Part shown: piece by piece, positions 1 through 9,859 of the stretch
Numbering within the stretch: the stretch's first letter is position 1
How the letters are laid out: the number at the start of each line of letters is the position of its first letter
DNA from: Candidatus Latescibacterota bacterium
GTDB lineage: Bacteria; Latescibacterota; UBA2968; UBA8231
Assembly: GCA_965219385.1 (NCBI GenBank)
Contig: CBDCNM010000002.1
Coordinates: 1,916,936-1,980,935 of the forward strand
DNA: 64,000 nt
Reading direction: 5' to 3'
Translations under genes and position numbers: made by a program
The notes under the pieces: model-generated
Told to the model about the DNA's origin: nothing
The model's database searches: none
What the model saw: the letters and a program-made list of their open reading frames with translations, nothing else

Positions 1-361
1 CCGAGATATAGACAGAAGTAGCAATCCCGTTCCACGATTGCGAGAAGCGGAACGGCGCTTCGCTGGCCAGGGCCACTGCCTCGACTCCGTCGGACGCCTG
101 GAGTTCTTGCCGCAACAGCTCGATATTGCGCCGGTACTCTTCCCTTGCCTGTTCTCCGCCCTCGCCGAAGAGATCCCCCGACAAACTGACGGACCACACG
201 TTCTCGTACTCGAATCCCAGCGGCTCCAACTCCTTGGCGGCGAACAGCACCCAGCCGGCGATCATGGGAGTCATCACCAGGAACGACAGCAAGAGCTCGG
301 CGACGAGCAACAGGTTTGTCCGCCGCCGGTTCCAGGCCAGGCGGCACAGATGAGCGATCAT
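1..361 (-). CDS. ABC transporter permease (MacB/FtsX type, 'B' copy 3), partial; runs off the window
   Basis: Reverse complement from 361 reads MIAHLCRLAWNRRRTNLLLVAELLLSF..., the same start as the paralogs at 3520 and 6118. Confidence 0.85.
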   Translation of the reverse strand, partial: MIAHLCRLAWNRRRTNLLLVAELLLSFLVMTPMIAGWVLFAAKELEPLGFEYENVWSVSLSGDLFGEGGEQAREEYRRNIELLRQELQASDGVEAVALASEAPFRFSQSWNGIATSVYIS

Positions 362-750
362 TTTTCCCTCCCGGTCAACGCCTGGACAGGGTGCAGACGC
401 GCCATTTTCCAGGCTGGATAGGCTCCGGATACCGTACCGAAAAACACAGCGAGCAATACCCCGTAGAAGAAGGTGCGGATCAATACCTGAACATCCATGT
501 AAGCCACGCCACCCATCGAAGCCAGCGCCAGTATGCCCCAGCTGAGCGGCAGACTGAGCGCCCCGCCCACCAGGGTGAGCAGCACGTTTTCCGCCACGAA
601 CTGCCCCACCAGGGTGCGGGTCGAAGCGCCGAAGGACTTGCGCACGCCAATTTCGGAGGCGCGCTCCTCGATGCGGCCGATGTTGAGATTGACGAGGTGG
701 AGCGCCGGCAGGAGCATGAACAGCAGCATATAGCCTCCCAGGGTGAGCAG
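205..750. repeat. Near-identical ~0.55-kb direct repeat, copy 1 (permease A 3' end + permease B 5' end); copy 2 at ~3364-3909
   Basis: By eye, the sequence is nearly identical at offset 3159. Confidence 0.85.
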
Positions 751-1679
751 CCGCCGCTGGAGATAGTCGGCGACCACCTGGCGTCCGTCCACGCTGCTGC
801 GATAGTCCCTCTTCCATCCTCCTCCCCGGAGGGCCCATTCCTCCAGCTTGGTTACCAGCGGAGCGGATACTCCGGTGAGAGCGAAGCGCTCATCGGGTGG
901 AGGTTCCACCTGCTCCAGCACGGTGGCGAATTCCGCCCGTATGCGCTTTATGTCCGCCGGCCGCGGCGCCAGCACCGCCGCCCTGAACCGTCCCGCAAGC
1001 TTGTAGGTGCGCCACTGCTCGGGAGGAGCGGTGGTCACCGGCACCCAGACATCGGCGTGGATTCTCATCCCTCTCTCCCGGTAGGAATAGTTATGCCGAA
1101 CGTCGGTCACCACGCCGACCACGCGGTAATTCTCTCCGTCGATGGGCACGCTCTTGCCCACCACCTCCTCCGAGCCGAAGAAGCGTCTGCTGAAGCCGGC
1201 GCGGATCACGGCGACCCTGGCGCCCGATGCCACCTCCTCGGTCCCATAGGGCCGGCCCTGGCGAAAGTCGAAGCGGAAGACCTCCCAGAAGCTCCATCGG
1301 TCAGCATCACCTGCACATGGCTCCCCTCCGCCCCTCCTTGCATTCCCCGGGAACCGGCATAAGAGAATACCGTCACTTTTTCCGCCGTCTCCAGGGGACG
1401 CACATAGCGGTCCAGAAACGCGTAACCAGGCTTTCTATACCCGGCCTTCGCTGGACTGAGGGATGAGTCGGTTGCAGTAAACTTCGGGAACAGCCAGTCG
1501 ATATACAGGGTGCGGTCGGAGTGGACCTCGGGCGGGATGGGCCCCACTTCCTGGTCGATGGAGGCCGTCGCCACCATCAGCACCGCGAGGGTGAAACAGA
1601 TCCCCAACAGATTGACCCCAGTGAGGAACTTGTGCCGCCAGAACACCTTGAGGGCCATTTTGATGTAGTTCTTCAGCAT
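358..1679 (-). pseudogene. ABC transporter permease ('A' copy 3), frameshifted
   Basis: ORFs 1206..1679 and 358..1233 join into a paralog of 3517..4815 if one base is restored near 1290 (GAT GGA GC- TTC TGG versus paralog GAC GGG GCC TTC TGG). Has the EIGVRKSFGA motif. May be a sequencing error. Confidence 0.8.
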
Positions 1680-1743
1680 CTCCTCCTCCTTACTGGACCT
1701 GCCGTCTCCCGGAGTTCCCTATTACTCGATACCACAACCACAA

Positions 1744-2250
1744 TCAGTCGACAATTATGAGAACTGCACTTACGGTTAAAACCCCAATCACAGTACTAAG
1801 TCCACAAAAAGCACCATCCACGTTACTTGCCTCTCTCCTCTCGCGAATGTGCTCCTGATAGCCGTATCGGAAGCCCTCGATATAATCAATCCCCTTTCCC
1901 CGTATAGCCTGATACTCTTCCTTCGATAATGAAGCATCGCTTCTATCGGCAAAATATTCGCTTTGTACAACCAGGCCAATTATGCTGAAGCCACTTATAT
2001 AGCCAGACAACCACCACCACTTTGTCCCCTTGAATCCAGCGGCTATCTCTCCGTCGAGCAGACCTTGAGCCTTCGTATACTCGGACAGGGCGGCTTGCGG
2101 CTCTCCGGACGGCCCCTGCGCCAAGACAAATCCGAGATGTCGCCGTTCCTGGGGATATTCAGGAATTCCAAATTGGGTCCCGGCCTGTAAAGAGACCGGT
2201 TCCCATATATGCAGAAAACTCAGCGCAAAGATCACCGGCGATAGTTTCAC
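1744..2250 (-). CDS. Hypothetical exported/membrane protein (signal-like N-terminus, hydrophobic C-terminus), lower GC
   Basis: ORF 1744..2286; a GTG at 2250 follows an AAGGAGA RBS. No family recognised. Confidence 0.6.
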   Translation of the reverse strand: MKLSPVIFALSFLHIWEPVSLQAGTQFGIPEYPQERRHLGFVLAQGPSGEPQAALSEYTKAQGLLDGEIAAGFKGTKWWWLSGYISGFSIIGLVVQSEYFADRSDASLSKEEYQAIRGKGIDYIEGFRYGYQEHIRERREASNVDGAFCGLSTVIGVLTVSAVLIIVD

Positions 2251-2293
2251 AATGTTCTCCTTTCGGTACGAGGTTGTATTTCCCATATCCGAC

Positions 2294-3520
2294 TCATTCG
2301 TGGTGCAATGCCTCGGCCGGCCGCACCCGGCTGGCCAGCCAACTCGGATAGAGGCCGCACAGCAGCACCAGCAGATAGAGCGCGAGCGCCGTCGCTCCTA
2401 TACCGCAGGCGGCCACGTAGGCCGGCACCCGGCTCCCCAACACCATATCCAGCAGCCCGAACTGGACCATCGGCACACAGCCCAGGGCAATGGCCGCGGT
2501 CACCAGCACCGCCAATTCGCCCAGAAACTGTCCGTAGATCCGCCCGCCGGGCGCCCCCACCGCCCGCCGGATGCCGATCTCCCGGGTACGCCGGCGCACG
2601 TTCTGCCACATCATGCCGGTCAGTCCCAGGGCCACCATGAGCATCATCAGGCCGCTGATCAGGGCGATAAAACCCAGGTTCGTGAGACTGTCGAAACGAT
2701 CCTCCTCGAGGCGCTCTGCAAGGGACTCCACGTTGAACCCTACGGACTGCTCCGCCGGGACGACCGCCTGGATGCGGGATCTGAGCGTTTCGCCGAAGGC
2801 CGGTCCCGTGCCCGGAGAGGGCTTTACGAGAAAATTGATCCAACTCTGTCGCGGAGTAGCGAGCCACTCATTGGAAATCCGCAGGAAGATGAAACCCGGC
2901 AGCTCGACTGCCTTGTAGCTTCCGTAGTAAAAACAATTCTCCACGACGCCTACTATGCGGACGCGGTGCCGGATAAGGGGATGGTACGTCTCTTGCAGAT
3001 CGATGGCGGGTGAGTCCTCGACTGCCTTACCCACCGGGTCGTCGTCGCCGAACAGCGCCCGACTCAACTCCTGGTCGATGACGGTCGGGGTCCAGTCGAG
3101 GGCCTCGTCCTCGGGCTGGAACCAGCGCCCGCTGAGCAGCCGTAGTCCCAGGACCTCCAGGCCCTCGTCCGAGATGTGGACGGACGTGATCCCGTTCCAC
3201 CCCTCTGAGAAGCGGAGGGGAGCATTGCTGGCCAGGGCCACCGCCTGAACTTGGTCGAGCGCCCGGAGTTCTCGCCACACTAGTTCGATATTGCGCTGGA
3301 ATTTTTCCGCGGCCTGTTCTCTGTTAAAATCCCTAGCCGACAAGCTAGCGTGCCATACGTCTTCGTACTCGAATCCCAGCGGCTTCAACTCCTCCGCGGC
3401 GAACAGCACCCAGCCGGCGATCATGGGAGTCATCACCAGGAACGACAGCAAGAGCTCGGCGACGAGCAACAGGTTGGTCCGCCGCCGGTTCCAGGCCAGG
3501 CGGCACAGGTGAGCGATCAT
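2294..3520 (-). CDS. ABC transporter permease ('B' copy 2)
   Basis: MIAHLCRLAW start at 3520; RRTREIGIRRAVGA FtsX motif; C-terminal PAEALHHE. Confidence 0.9.
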   Translation of the reverse strand: MIAHLCRLAWNRRRTNLLLVAELLLSFLVMTPMIAGWVLFAAEELKPLGFEYEDVWHASLSARDFNREQAAEKFQRNIELVWRELRALDQVQAVALASNAPLRFSEGWNGITSVHISDEGLEVLGLRLLSGRWFQPEDEALDWTPTVIDQELSRALFGDDDPVGKAVEDSPAIDLQETYHPLIRHRVRIVGVVENCFYYGSYKAVELPGFIFLRISNEWLATPRQSWINFLVKPSPGTGPAFGETLRSRIQAVVPAEQSVGFNVESLAERLEEDRFDSLTNLGFIALISGLMMLMVALGLTGMMWQNVRRRTREIGIRRAVGAPGGRIYGQFLGELAVLVTAAIALGCVPMVQFGLLDMVLGSRVPAYVAACGIGATALALYLLVLLCGLYPSWLASRVRPAEALHHE

Positions 3521-4815
3521 TTTTCCCTCCCGGTCAACGCCTGGACAGGGTGCAGACGCGCCATTTTCCAGGCTGGATAGGCTCCGGATACCGTACCGAA
3601 AAACACAGCGAGCAATACCCCGTAGAAGAAGGTGCGGATCAATACCTGAACATCCATGTAAGCCACGCCACCCATCGAAGCCAGCGCCAGTATGCCCCAG
3701 CTGAGCGGCAGACTGAGCGCCCCGCCCACCAGGGTGAGCAGCACGTTTTCCGCCACGAACTGTCCCACCAAGGTGCGGGTCGAAGCGCCGAACGACTTGC
3801 GCACGCCAATTTCGGAGGTGCGCTCCTCGATGCGGCCGATGTTGATATTGACGAGGTGGAGCGCCGGCAGGAGCATGAACAGCAGCATATAGCCTCCCAG
3901 GGTGAGCAGCCACCACCGGAGCCGGGCCGCGGCGGCCTGCTGCGGATCCCCAGCTTCTCTGTAGTCCTCGGTCCAGTCTGGTTTGCTCTCGTGCGCCCAT
4001 TCCTCCAACGTGGTGAGCAGCGGAGCGGATACTCCGATGAGATGGGAGGAGCGCTCATCCGGTGGAGGTTCCACCTGTTTCATCACGGTGGCGAATTCCG
4101 CTCGTATGCGCTCCATGTCCGCCGGCCGGCGCGCCAGGACCGCCGCCTTGAAGTCTCCCGTGAGCTTGTAGGTGCGCCACTCCTCGGAAGGAGCGGTGGT
4201 CAGCGGCACCCAAACTTCGGCGAGCGTTCTTGTTCGGATAAGAACGTCGGCCACCACGCCGACGATGCGGTAGTTCTTCCCGTCAACCGGCACGCTCCTG
4301 CCCAGGACCTCCTCCGAGCCGAAGAACCGACGGCTGAAACCGGCGCTGATCACGGCGACGAAATCGCCAGCTTCCACTTCCCCGGCGGTATAGGGCCGGC
4401 CCTGGCGAAAGTCGAAGCGAAAGACCTCCCAGAAGGCCCCGTCGGTCATTCTCACCTCCACATGGCCCTCCTCCGCCCCGCCCTGCAGTCCCCGGTAATC
4501 GGCATAATAAGAGAACACCGTCACTTTTTCCGCGGTTTCCAGCGGACGCACGTAGCGGTCCAGAAACGCGTAACTGGGCCTGGAGATCATTGGGCCAGGA
4601 GGATCGATTGAAGCATACTGGACGAATAGCCAGCCGAGGTGCAGGGTGCGGTTGGAGTGGACTTCGGGCGGTATAGGCCCCACTTGCTGGTCAATGAAGG
4701 CCACCGCCAGCATCAGCACCACGAGGGTAAAGCAGATGCCGAACAGATTGACGCCGGTGAAAAATTTGTGCCGCCAAAAGACCTTGAGGGCGATTTTTAT
4801 GTAGTTCTTCAACAT
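3517..4815 (-). CDS. ABC transporter permease ('A' copy 2)
   Basis: MLKNYIKIALKVFWRHK start with AGGAGG RBS; MacB-like periplasmic region; EIGVRKSFGA motif. Confidence 0.9.
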   Translation of the reverse strand: MLKNYIKIALKVFWRHKFFTGVNLFGICFTLVVLMLAVAFIDQQVGPIPPEVHSNRTLHLGWLFVQYASIDPPGPMISRPSYAFLDRYVRPLETAEKVTVFSYYADYRGLQGGAEEGHVEVRMTDGAFWEVFRFDFRQGRPYTAGEVEAGDFVAVISAGFSRRFFGSEEVLGRSVPVDGKNYRIVGVVADVLIRTRTLAEVWVPLTTAPSEEWRTYKLTGDFKAAVLARRPADMERIRAEFATVMKQVEPPPDERSSHLIGVSAPLLTTLEEWAHESKPDWTEDYREAGDPQQAAAARLRWWLLTLGGYMLLFMLLPALHLVNINIGRIEERTSEIGVRKSFGASTRTLVGQFVAENVLLTLVGGALSLPLSWGILALASMGGVAYMDVQVLIRTFFYGVLLAVFFGTVSGAYPAWKMARLHPVQALTGREK

Positions 4816-4837
4816 GGTGGCCTCCTTAAGTACAGGA

Positions 4838-6118
4838 CTACTCGTAGTGCAGGGCCTCGGCCGGCCGCACCCGTGCGGCCAGCCAACTCGGATAGAGGCC
4901 GCACAGCAGTACCAGCAGATAGAGCACCACGGCACCCGCGGCCAGGCCGCCGATGGCGACATGGGTCGGTATCCAGCTGCCCAGCACCAAATGTGGCAGA
5001 TCAAATTGGACGATGGGCACACAGCCCAAGGCGATGGCCGCAGTCGCCAGCACGGCCAGTTCGCCGAGGAACAGGCCGTAGACGTTGCCGGCGGCGGCCC
5101 CCACCGCCCGGCGGACGCCGATCTCCTCGGTGCGTCGGCGCACGTTTTGCCACATTATGCCGGTCAGACCCAGGGCCACCATGAGCATCAGCAGGCTGCT
5201 GAGCAGGGCGGTGGTTTTCAGATTCCCGACCTGTCGAGCTTGGTTGCTGTCATGTATCTCCGCCAGAGAGCGCACGTTGAAGAGTATGGCCTGGTCGGCC
5301 GGAACGACCGCCCGTACTTTGGTTCTGAGCTTTTCGCCGAAGTCCGCTCCGGTCCCCAAGGGGGTTTTTACGATTAGATGAACGCCGGTGCGTGACTCGA
5401 GCGTATTGACTTGCGCGTTGGAAAAAAACAAAAAGAGGGTGCCCGGCACCTCGCTCTGGGAGGCCCCGTATTTTCCGTAATAGAAACAGTTTTCCACGAC
5501 GCCCACGACGCGGAACTTGGTGGACCGAGGAAGTACGCTCATGTTCTGCAATCTATAAGATCCATCCTGTCCGAACTTCTCTTTTATTATCGACGCGTCC
5601 TGGATGATCTTGTCCAGGGGGTCCTGGTCGCCAAAGAGCGCGCGACTGAGCCTCTGGTCAATGACGACCGGATGCCAGTCGCCCGAGAGCGCCTCGTCCT
5701 CCGGCTCAAACCAGCGGCCGCTGTGCAGCTGCAGCCCCAGCGTTTCCAACCCCTCCTTGGAGATGTTGACCGAGGTAAGCCCGTCCCACACGCCGATACG
5801 TCCGAACGGTGATGGCTCGGCAAGGGCGACGGACTCGACGGCGCCGAGTGCCTGGATTTCTCGCCGGACCAATTTGATAGTGTGCCCCAAGGCGGACGAC
5901 TGCTCTTCGCCTGGGTCCGGCTTCCAATGGTGCCTGCCCAGGTTGACCGCCCACACCTCCTCGTACTCGAAGCCCAGCGGCTCCAGGTTCTCGACGGCGA
6001 ACAACACCCAGCCGACGCCCATGAGGGCCACGATCAAAAAAACCAGGGTCAGTTCGCCGACCAGCAACAGGTTGGTTCGCCGCCGGTTCCACGCCAGGCG
6101 GCACAGGTGGGCAATCAT
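4838..6118 (-). CDS. ABC transporter permease ('B' copy 1)
   Basis: 426-aa ORF with the EIGVRRAVGA motif. Confidence 0.9.
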   Translation of the reverse strand: MIAHLCRLAWNRRRTNLLLVGELTLVFLIVALMGVGWVLFAVENLEPLGFEYEEVWAVNLGRHHWKPDPGEEQSSALGHTIKLVRREIQALGAVESVALAEPSPFGRIGVWDGLTSVNISKEGLETLGLQLHSGRWFEPEDEALSGDWHPVVIDQRLSRALFGDQDPLDKIIQDASIIKEKFGQDGSYRLQNMSVLPRSTKFRVVGVVENCFYYGKYGASQSEVPGTLFLFFSNAQVNTLESRTGVHLIVKTPLGTGADFGEKLRTKVRAVVPADQAILFNVRSLAEIHDSNQARQVGNLKTTALLSSLLMLMVALGLTGIMWQNVRRRTEEIGVRRAVGAAAGNVYGLFLGELAVLATAAIALGCVPIVQFDLPHLVLGSWIPTHVAIGGLAAGAVVLYLLVLLCGLYPSWLAARVRPAEALHYE

Positions 6119-7407
6119 ATTCTCCTCCCGGTCAGGGCTTGTACGGGGTGCAGGCGCGCCATTTTATAGGCCGGATACGCCCCGGACAGGGCGCCAAAAA
6201 ACGCGGCGATCAGGGTGCCGTATACGAAGGTGCGGAGCAGGAGCAGGATGTCGAGGTTGCCCAGTTCAAAGAGTGACCAAAGGCCCCAGCTGAACGGCAG
6301 GCTCAGCAGCCCGCCCACCAGGGTCAACAGCACGTTTTCGGCGATGAACTGCCCGACGAGCGCACGGGACGATCCGCCGAATGCCTTGCGGACGCCGATC
6401 TCGGCGGCGCGCTCCTCGATGCGGCTGATGTTGATATTGACCAGGTGCAGCACCGGTAGCAACAGGACCAGCAGCACGACGCCGGCGGCGATGAGCACCT
6501 TCCGCAGAACGAGGCCGGCGATGACCGACCGCCATTCAGAACCGGCCTCCACGAGTTCCTGCAAGTCGCCCGCGATCACCCATTGCTCGAAGGCGGTAGC
6601 GAGCGGGGCGACTAGTAGAGAATCGTCTTCCACTGGCTCTACCCGCGGTAGCACGGTGGCGAATTCCGCCCGTATGCGCTCCTTGTCCTCCGGCTCCCGC
6701 GCCAGCACCGCCGCACTGAAACTACCCCCACCCGTCAGCCGGTAGGGACGCCACTCCTGGGCCGGTGCCGTGGTCAGCGGCACCCATACATCGGTCCTGG
6801 AGCTCACCCTCTGGCTGCGGCTAGGGGCGACTACGCCGGCGACGCGGTGAGGCTGCCCGTCGAGAGGCACGCTTTTTCCCACGACCTTGCTCGATCCGAA
6901 GAACCGCTTGGCAAAGCCGTCGGTGATGACGGCGACAAAATCGCCGGCTTCGACTTCGGCGGCGGTATAGGGCTGGCCCTGGATGAAGTCGAAGCTGAAG
7001 ACCTCCCAGAACGCGGCATCGGTTGATCGTACTGCCACACTGGTCTCCTCTGCCCCTCCGTGTACCCCCCGGGACGCTGGAAAACGAGAGAAGATCGCCA
7101 CCTTCTCCGCGGTCTTGAGCGTCCGCACATAGCGATCCAAAAAGGCGTAACTAGGCGACATCCCCCACCCGTAGGAGAAACCCCGGCCGGTGCGATTCCC
7201 TGTCACTATCGTCGAGAGATGCAGGGTGCGGTCGTTGTGGATCTCGGGCGGCGCGTTCCTTATCAGTTGCCCGATTTTCATATCGAGGATCATCGTCGCC
7301 GTAATTGACGCGATCAGCGTGGCGCATATCCCCAACAGGTTGACGCCGGTGAAGAACTTGTGCCGCCAGAACACCTTGAGGGCGATTTTGATGTAGTTCC
7401 TCAGCAT
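6115..7407 (-). CDS. ABC transporter permease ('A' copy 1)
   Basis: 430-aa ORF, MLRNYIKIALK start, EIGVRKAFGG motif. Confidence 0.9.
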   Translation of the reverse strand: MLRNYIKIALKVFWRHKFFTGVNLLGICATLIASITATMILDMKIGQLIRNAPPEIHNDRTLHLSTIVTGNRTGRGFSYGWGMSPSYAFLDRYVRTLKTAEKVAIFSRFPASRGVHGGAEETSVAVRSTDAAFWEVFSFDFIQGQPYTAAEVEAGDFVAVITDGFAKRFFGSSKVVGKSVPLDGQPHRVAGVVAPSRSQRVSSRTDVWVPLTTAPAQEWRPYRLTGGGSFSAAVLAREPEDKERIRAEFATVLPRVEPVEDDSLLVAPLATAFEQWVIAGDLQELVEAGSEWRSVIAGLVLRKVLIAAGVVLLVLLLPVLHLVNINISRIEERAAEIGVRKAFGGSSRALVGQFIAENVLLTLVGGLLSLPFSWGLWSLFELGNLDILLLLRTFVYGTLIAAFFGALSGAYPAYKMARLHPVQALTGRRI

Positions 7408-7417
7408 CTCCTCCTCC

Positions 7418-8083
7418 TCACTGGACCTGCCGTCCGTCGAAGAGCCGCACCGTGCGCCGGGTGCGCTCGGCCAGACGCTGGTCGTGGGTCACCATGACGA
7501 TGGTGGTGCCCTCTTCGTTGAGCTGGTGCAGGATGCTCATGATTTCGTCGCCCATGTGGCTGTCCAAATTGCCGGTGGGCTCGTCGGCCAGCAAAATCTG
7601 CGGCTGGGCGACAATGGCCCGGGCCACGGCCACGCGTTGCTGCTGCCCGCCCGACAGTTGCGCGGGGAAGTGACGCACCCGCGAACTGAGCCCGACCCGG
7701 TCCAGCGCGGCCAGCGCCATTTGGCGCCGCTCCTTGCCCGACAGCCCGCGGCGATAGAGCAGGGGGATCTCCACATTGTCCACCACGTTCAAATCGGCGA
7801 TCAGGTGGAAGGTCTGGAAGATGAACCCGACCTCCTCGTTGCGGATGCGCGCCAGGTAGCGGTCGTCGTAGGTGTTGATGTGGCGCCCGTTCAGGCTGAC
7901 GTCGCCGGCGCTGGGCTCGTCGAGCAGGCCGACGACATTGAGCAGGGTGCTCTTGCCCGAGCCGGACGGCCCCATCACCGAGATGAACTCTCCTTGATCG
8001 ACGGCGAGATTGATGTTGCTCAAGGCCAGGGTCTCGATTTTGTCGGTGCGGTACACCTTTTCTATGCCTTCGAGTTTGATCAC
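7418..8083 (-). CDS. ABC transporter ATP-binding protein (LolD/MacB-like)
   Basis: Walker A GPSGSGKST, signature LSGGQQQRV, ADEPTGNLD. Confidence 0.95.
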   Translation of the reverse strand: MIKLEGIEKVYRTDKIETLALSNINLAVDQGEFISVMGPSGSGKSTLLNVVGLLDEPSAGDVSLNGRHINTYDDRYLARIRNEEVGFIFQTFHLIADLNVVDNVEIPLLYRRGLSGKERRQMALAALDRVGLSSRVRHFPAQLSGGQQQRVAVARAIVAQPQILLADEPTGNLDSHMGDEIMSILHQLNEEGTTIVMVTHDQRLAERTRRTVRLFDGRQVQ

Positions 8084-8094
8084 GGCTGCCTCCT

Positions 8095-9363
8095 TTATTT
8101 GATCTGGACCTCGTCCAGGTGCAGGTAGTTTTTCATACTTGAAATGATCACCTCGTCCCCCTCCAGCAAGCCCTCCACCACCTCGTAGTACTCGAAATTG
8201 GCCATGCCGATGCGCACCTCGGTCTTCACCGCGGTCTGGCCGTGGACCACAAAGACCTCGTGGAGGCCCGCCCCCCCGTTGATGAACGGCCCTCGCTTGA
8301 GGCGCAGGGCCCGGTCCTTGCGCGCGGTGATGATATAGGCGTCCACCCGCTGGTTGGGCCGCAGCAGCGCGTGTGCTGCATCCTCCAGCTCAACTTTGAG
8401 ATTGATGATGTTGTTGTCTACCGTCGGCAGGATGCGGGCGATGCGGCCCTTTGCGTATGCTTCCTCGTCAATGCGCAGGCGCACCAGCAGTCCAGGCTGG
8501 AGCCGGCGGGCGTGGATATCGGAAACGGTGACGTCGACGCGGAACGAACTGAGGTCGGCGATGCGGGCGATTTCCTGGCCCTGGCTGATGGAAGCCCCGA
8601 CCACCGGCGCGATCGCCGTGAGCACGCCGTCTCTATCCGCCCGGATATGGGCCCGCTCCAGGCGGCGGCGGGCTTCCTCGCCCTCGCGTTCGAGGGTCTT
8701 CATCTCCAGGCGCAGGGCCTCGAGCTGGGCCTGGGTGGATTCGAGCAGATTGCGGCGGTTTTCTTCGAGTTGCTGCAATTCGATCTCGGCGCACTGCTCC
8801 TCCAGCTGCGTCTGGCGCAGCTGGTCCTGGGAGACCGCGCCGATAGCCTGCAACTCGAGGTACTGCGCGGTGCGGGTCTGCAGACGCTGCAAAGTCAGTT
8901 TTTTCAGACGCCAGCCCGTCTCCAGATCGCTCAGATTCCTGCGTTTGTCCAATTCGACTTGGGTCTGGCGGTTCTGCTTGAGCGTCAGCTCTTCGGTCCG
9001 TTTCTCCACCTCGAGCTGCGCGGCGTTCAAGTCCAGTTCGACGATCGGATCTCCCTGCTGCAATATGTCCCCTGGTTTATGCAGAATCCGCACCAGCCGC
9101 GTATGGATGGGACTGAAGACGATCTGCTCGAACTGGGGCACTACCGTACCCGAAGCAGTAATCGTCTCTTCCACCGCACCGCGCTGCACCTGCGCGGTGC
9201 GGATGCGGTCGGGGTCCAGGGCCGGCCTGATCCAGCCGGGCAACCAGACAAAGAGCCAGACGAGGATGGCCAGTCCAGCCGCGGAATAGGCAATGCGTTT
9301 GCCGCGCTGGCGGCGCAGGAATGCTGGATCGAGCGGGCGGTCCATAGGGTTCATAGGGTTCAT
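8095..9363 (-). CDS. HlyD/RND-type efflux periplasmic adaptor subunit
   Basis: N-terminal TM segment, 'TITASGTVVP', long coiled coil, 'VVEGLLEGDEVIIS'. ATG at 9363 follows GGAGG. Confidence 0.9.
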   Translation of the reverse strand: MNPMNPMDRPLDPAFLRRQRGKRIAYSAAGLAILVWLFVWLPGWIRPALDPDRIRTAQVQRGAVEETITASGTVVPQFEQIVFSPIHTRLVRILHKPGDILQQGDPIVELDLNAAQLEVEKRTEELTLKQNRQTQVELDKRRNLSDLETGWRLKKLTLQRLQTRTAQYLELQAIGAVSQDQLRQTQLEEQCAEIELQQLEENRRNLLESTQAQLEALRLEMKTLEREGEEARRRLERAHIRADRDGVLTAIAPVVGASISQGQEIARIADLSSFRVDVTVSDIHARRLQPGLLVRLRIDEEAYAKGRIARILPTVDNNIINLKVELEDAAHALLRPNQRVDAYIITARKDRALRLKRGPFINGGAGLHEVFVVHGQTAVKTEVRIGMANFEYYEVVEGLLEGDEVIISSMKNYLHLDEVQIK

Positions 9364-9400
9364 AGCCTCCTGGGGTTCATAGCCTCCTGCTCGCTCTCTA

Positions 9401-9417
9401 TACAAATTCCGTGCCAG
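9401..9417 (-). promoter_or_regulatory. Putative sigma54 -24/-12 promoter
   Basis: Minus strand CTGGCACGGAATTTGTA matches TGGCAC-N5-TTGCA with one mismatch, ~40 nt upstream of the HlyD start. Confidence 0.7.
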
Positions 9418-9470
9418 ATTAACAAATGCTTGTTTTTACTTGATTTATTTTTTAGACGCCAGATCGTTTT

Positions 9471-9507
9471 TGTCCGCTTTTGAATACTCGTTGTCCGTTT
9501 TCGGACA
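9471..9507. promoter_or_regulatory. Tandem palindromic upstream activator sites (TGTCCG-N4-CGGACA)
   Basis: Perfect TGTCCGTTTTCGGACA at 9492-9507 and degenerate TGTCCGCTTTTGAATA at 9471-9486, 21 bp apart. Confidence 0.65.
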
Positions 9508-9598
9508 CTCAGCCCGCCGAACTGGGCTAGGCCATGCTGGTGGTGGTGGAAGAGCTGACCTTTCCTGCTTTCTTCCTAATAATTAAGCCACGGAGGAA

Positions 9599-9859
9599 TT
9601 GGCGATGCCACTGAACATCAAAGACGGCGACACGCACACTATGGCGAAAAGGCTCGCGAGCCTGACCGGCGAATCCCTAACCAAGGCCGTCAAACATGCA
9701 ATCCAGGAAAGGTTGGCGCAGGTGGAAAAGACGCAGGGCGGAACCCCTCTCGCCGATGAACTGGATCACATTGCCCTGCATTGCGCCAATCTGCTGAGGC
9801 GCGACAAGCGGAGTGCCGACCAGATCATCGGATATGACGAACGTGGTCTGCCAGCGTGA
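9599..9859 (+). CDS. vapB: VapB-family antitoxin (Rv0623-like)
   Basis: 'LNIKD...AKRLASLTGESLTKAVKHAIQERL...GYDERGLP'; overlaps the downstream PIN gene by 4 nt. Confidence 0.85.
   Translation: MAMPLNIKDGDTHTMAKRLASLTGESLTKAVKHAIQERLAQVEKTQGGTPLADELDHIALHCANLLRRDKRSADQIIGYDERGLPA

Noticed and set aside
205..3909. Diversity-generating retroelement TR/VR pair in the permease repeats
   Set aside because: No reverse transcriptase in the window, and the few mismatches are not adenine-specific.
2294..5022. Extended starts of ORFs 2294..4000 and 3517..5022
   Set aside because: They overlap upstream paralogs; true starts at 3520 and 4815 match the paralog N-termini and RBSs.
9342..9388. Short TTCATAG repeats at the HlyD start (MNPMNPM and a duplicated RBS-ATG)
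   Set aside because: A small local duplication that only makes the start codon ambiguous; no evidence of function.
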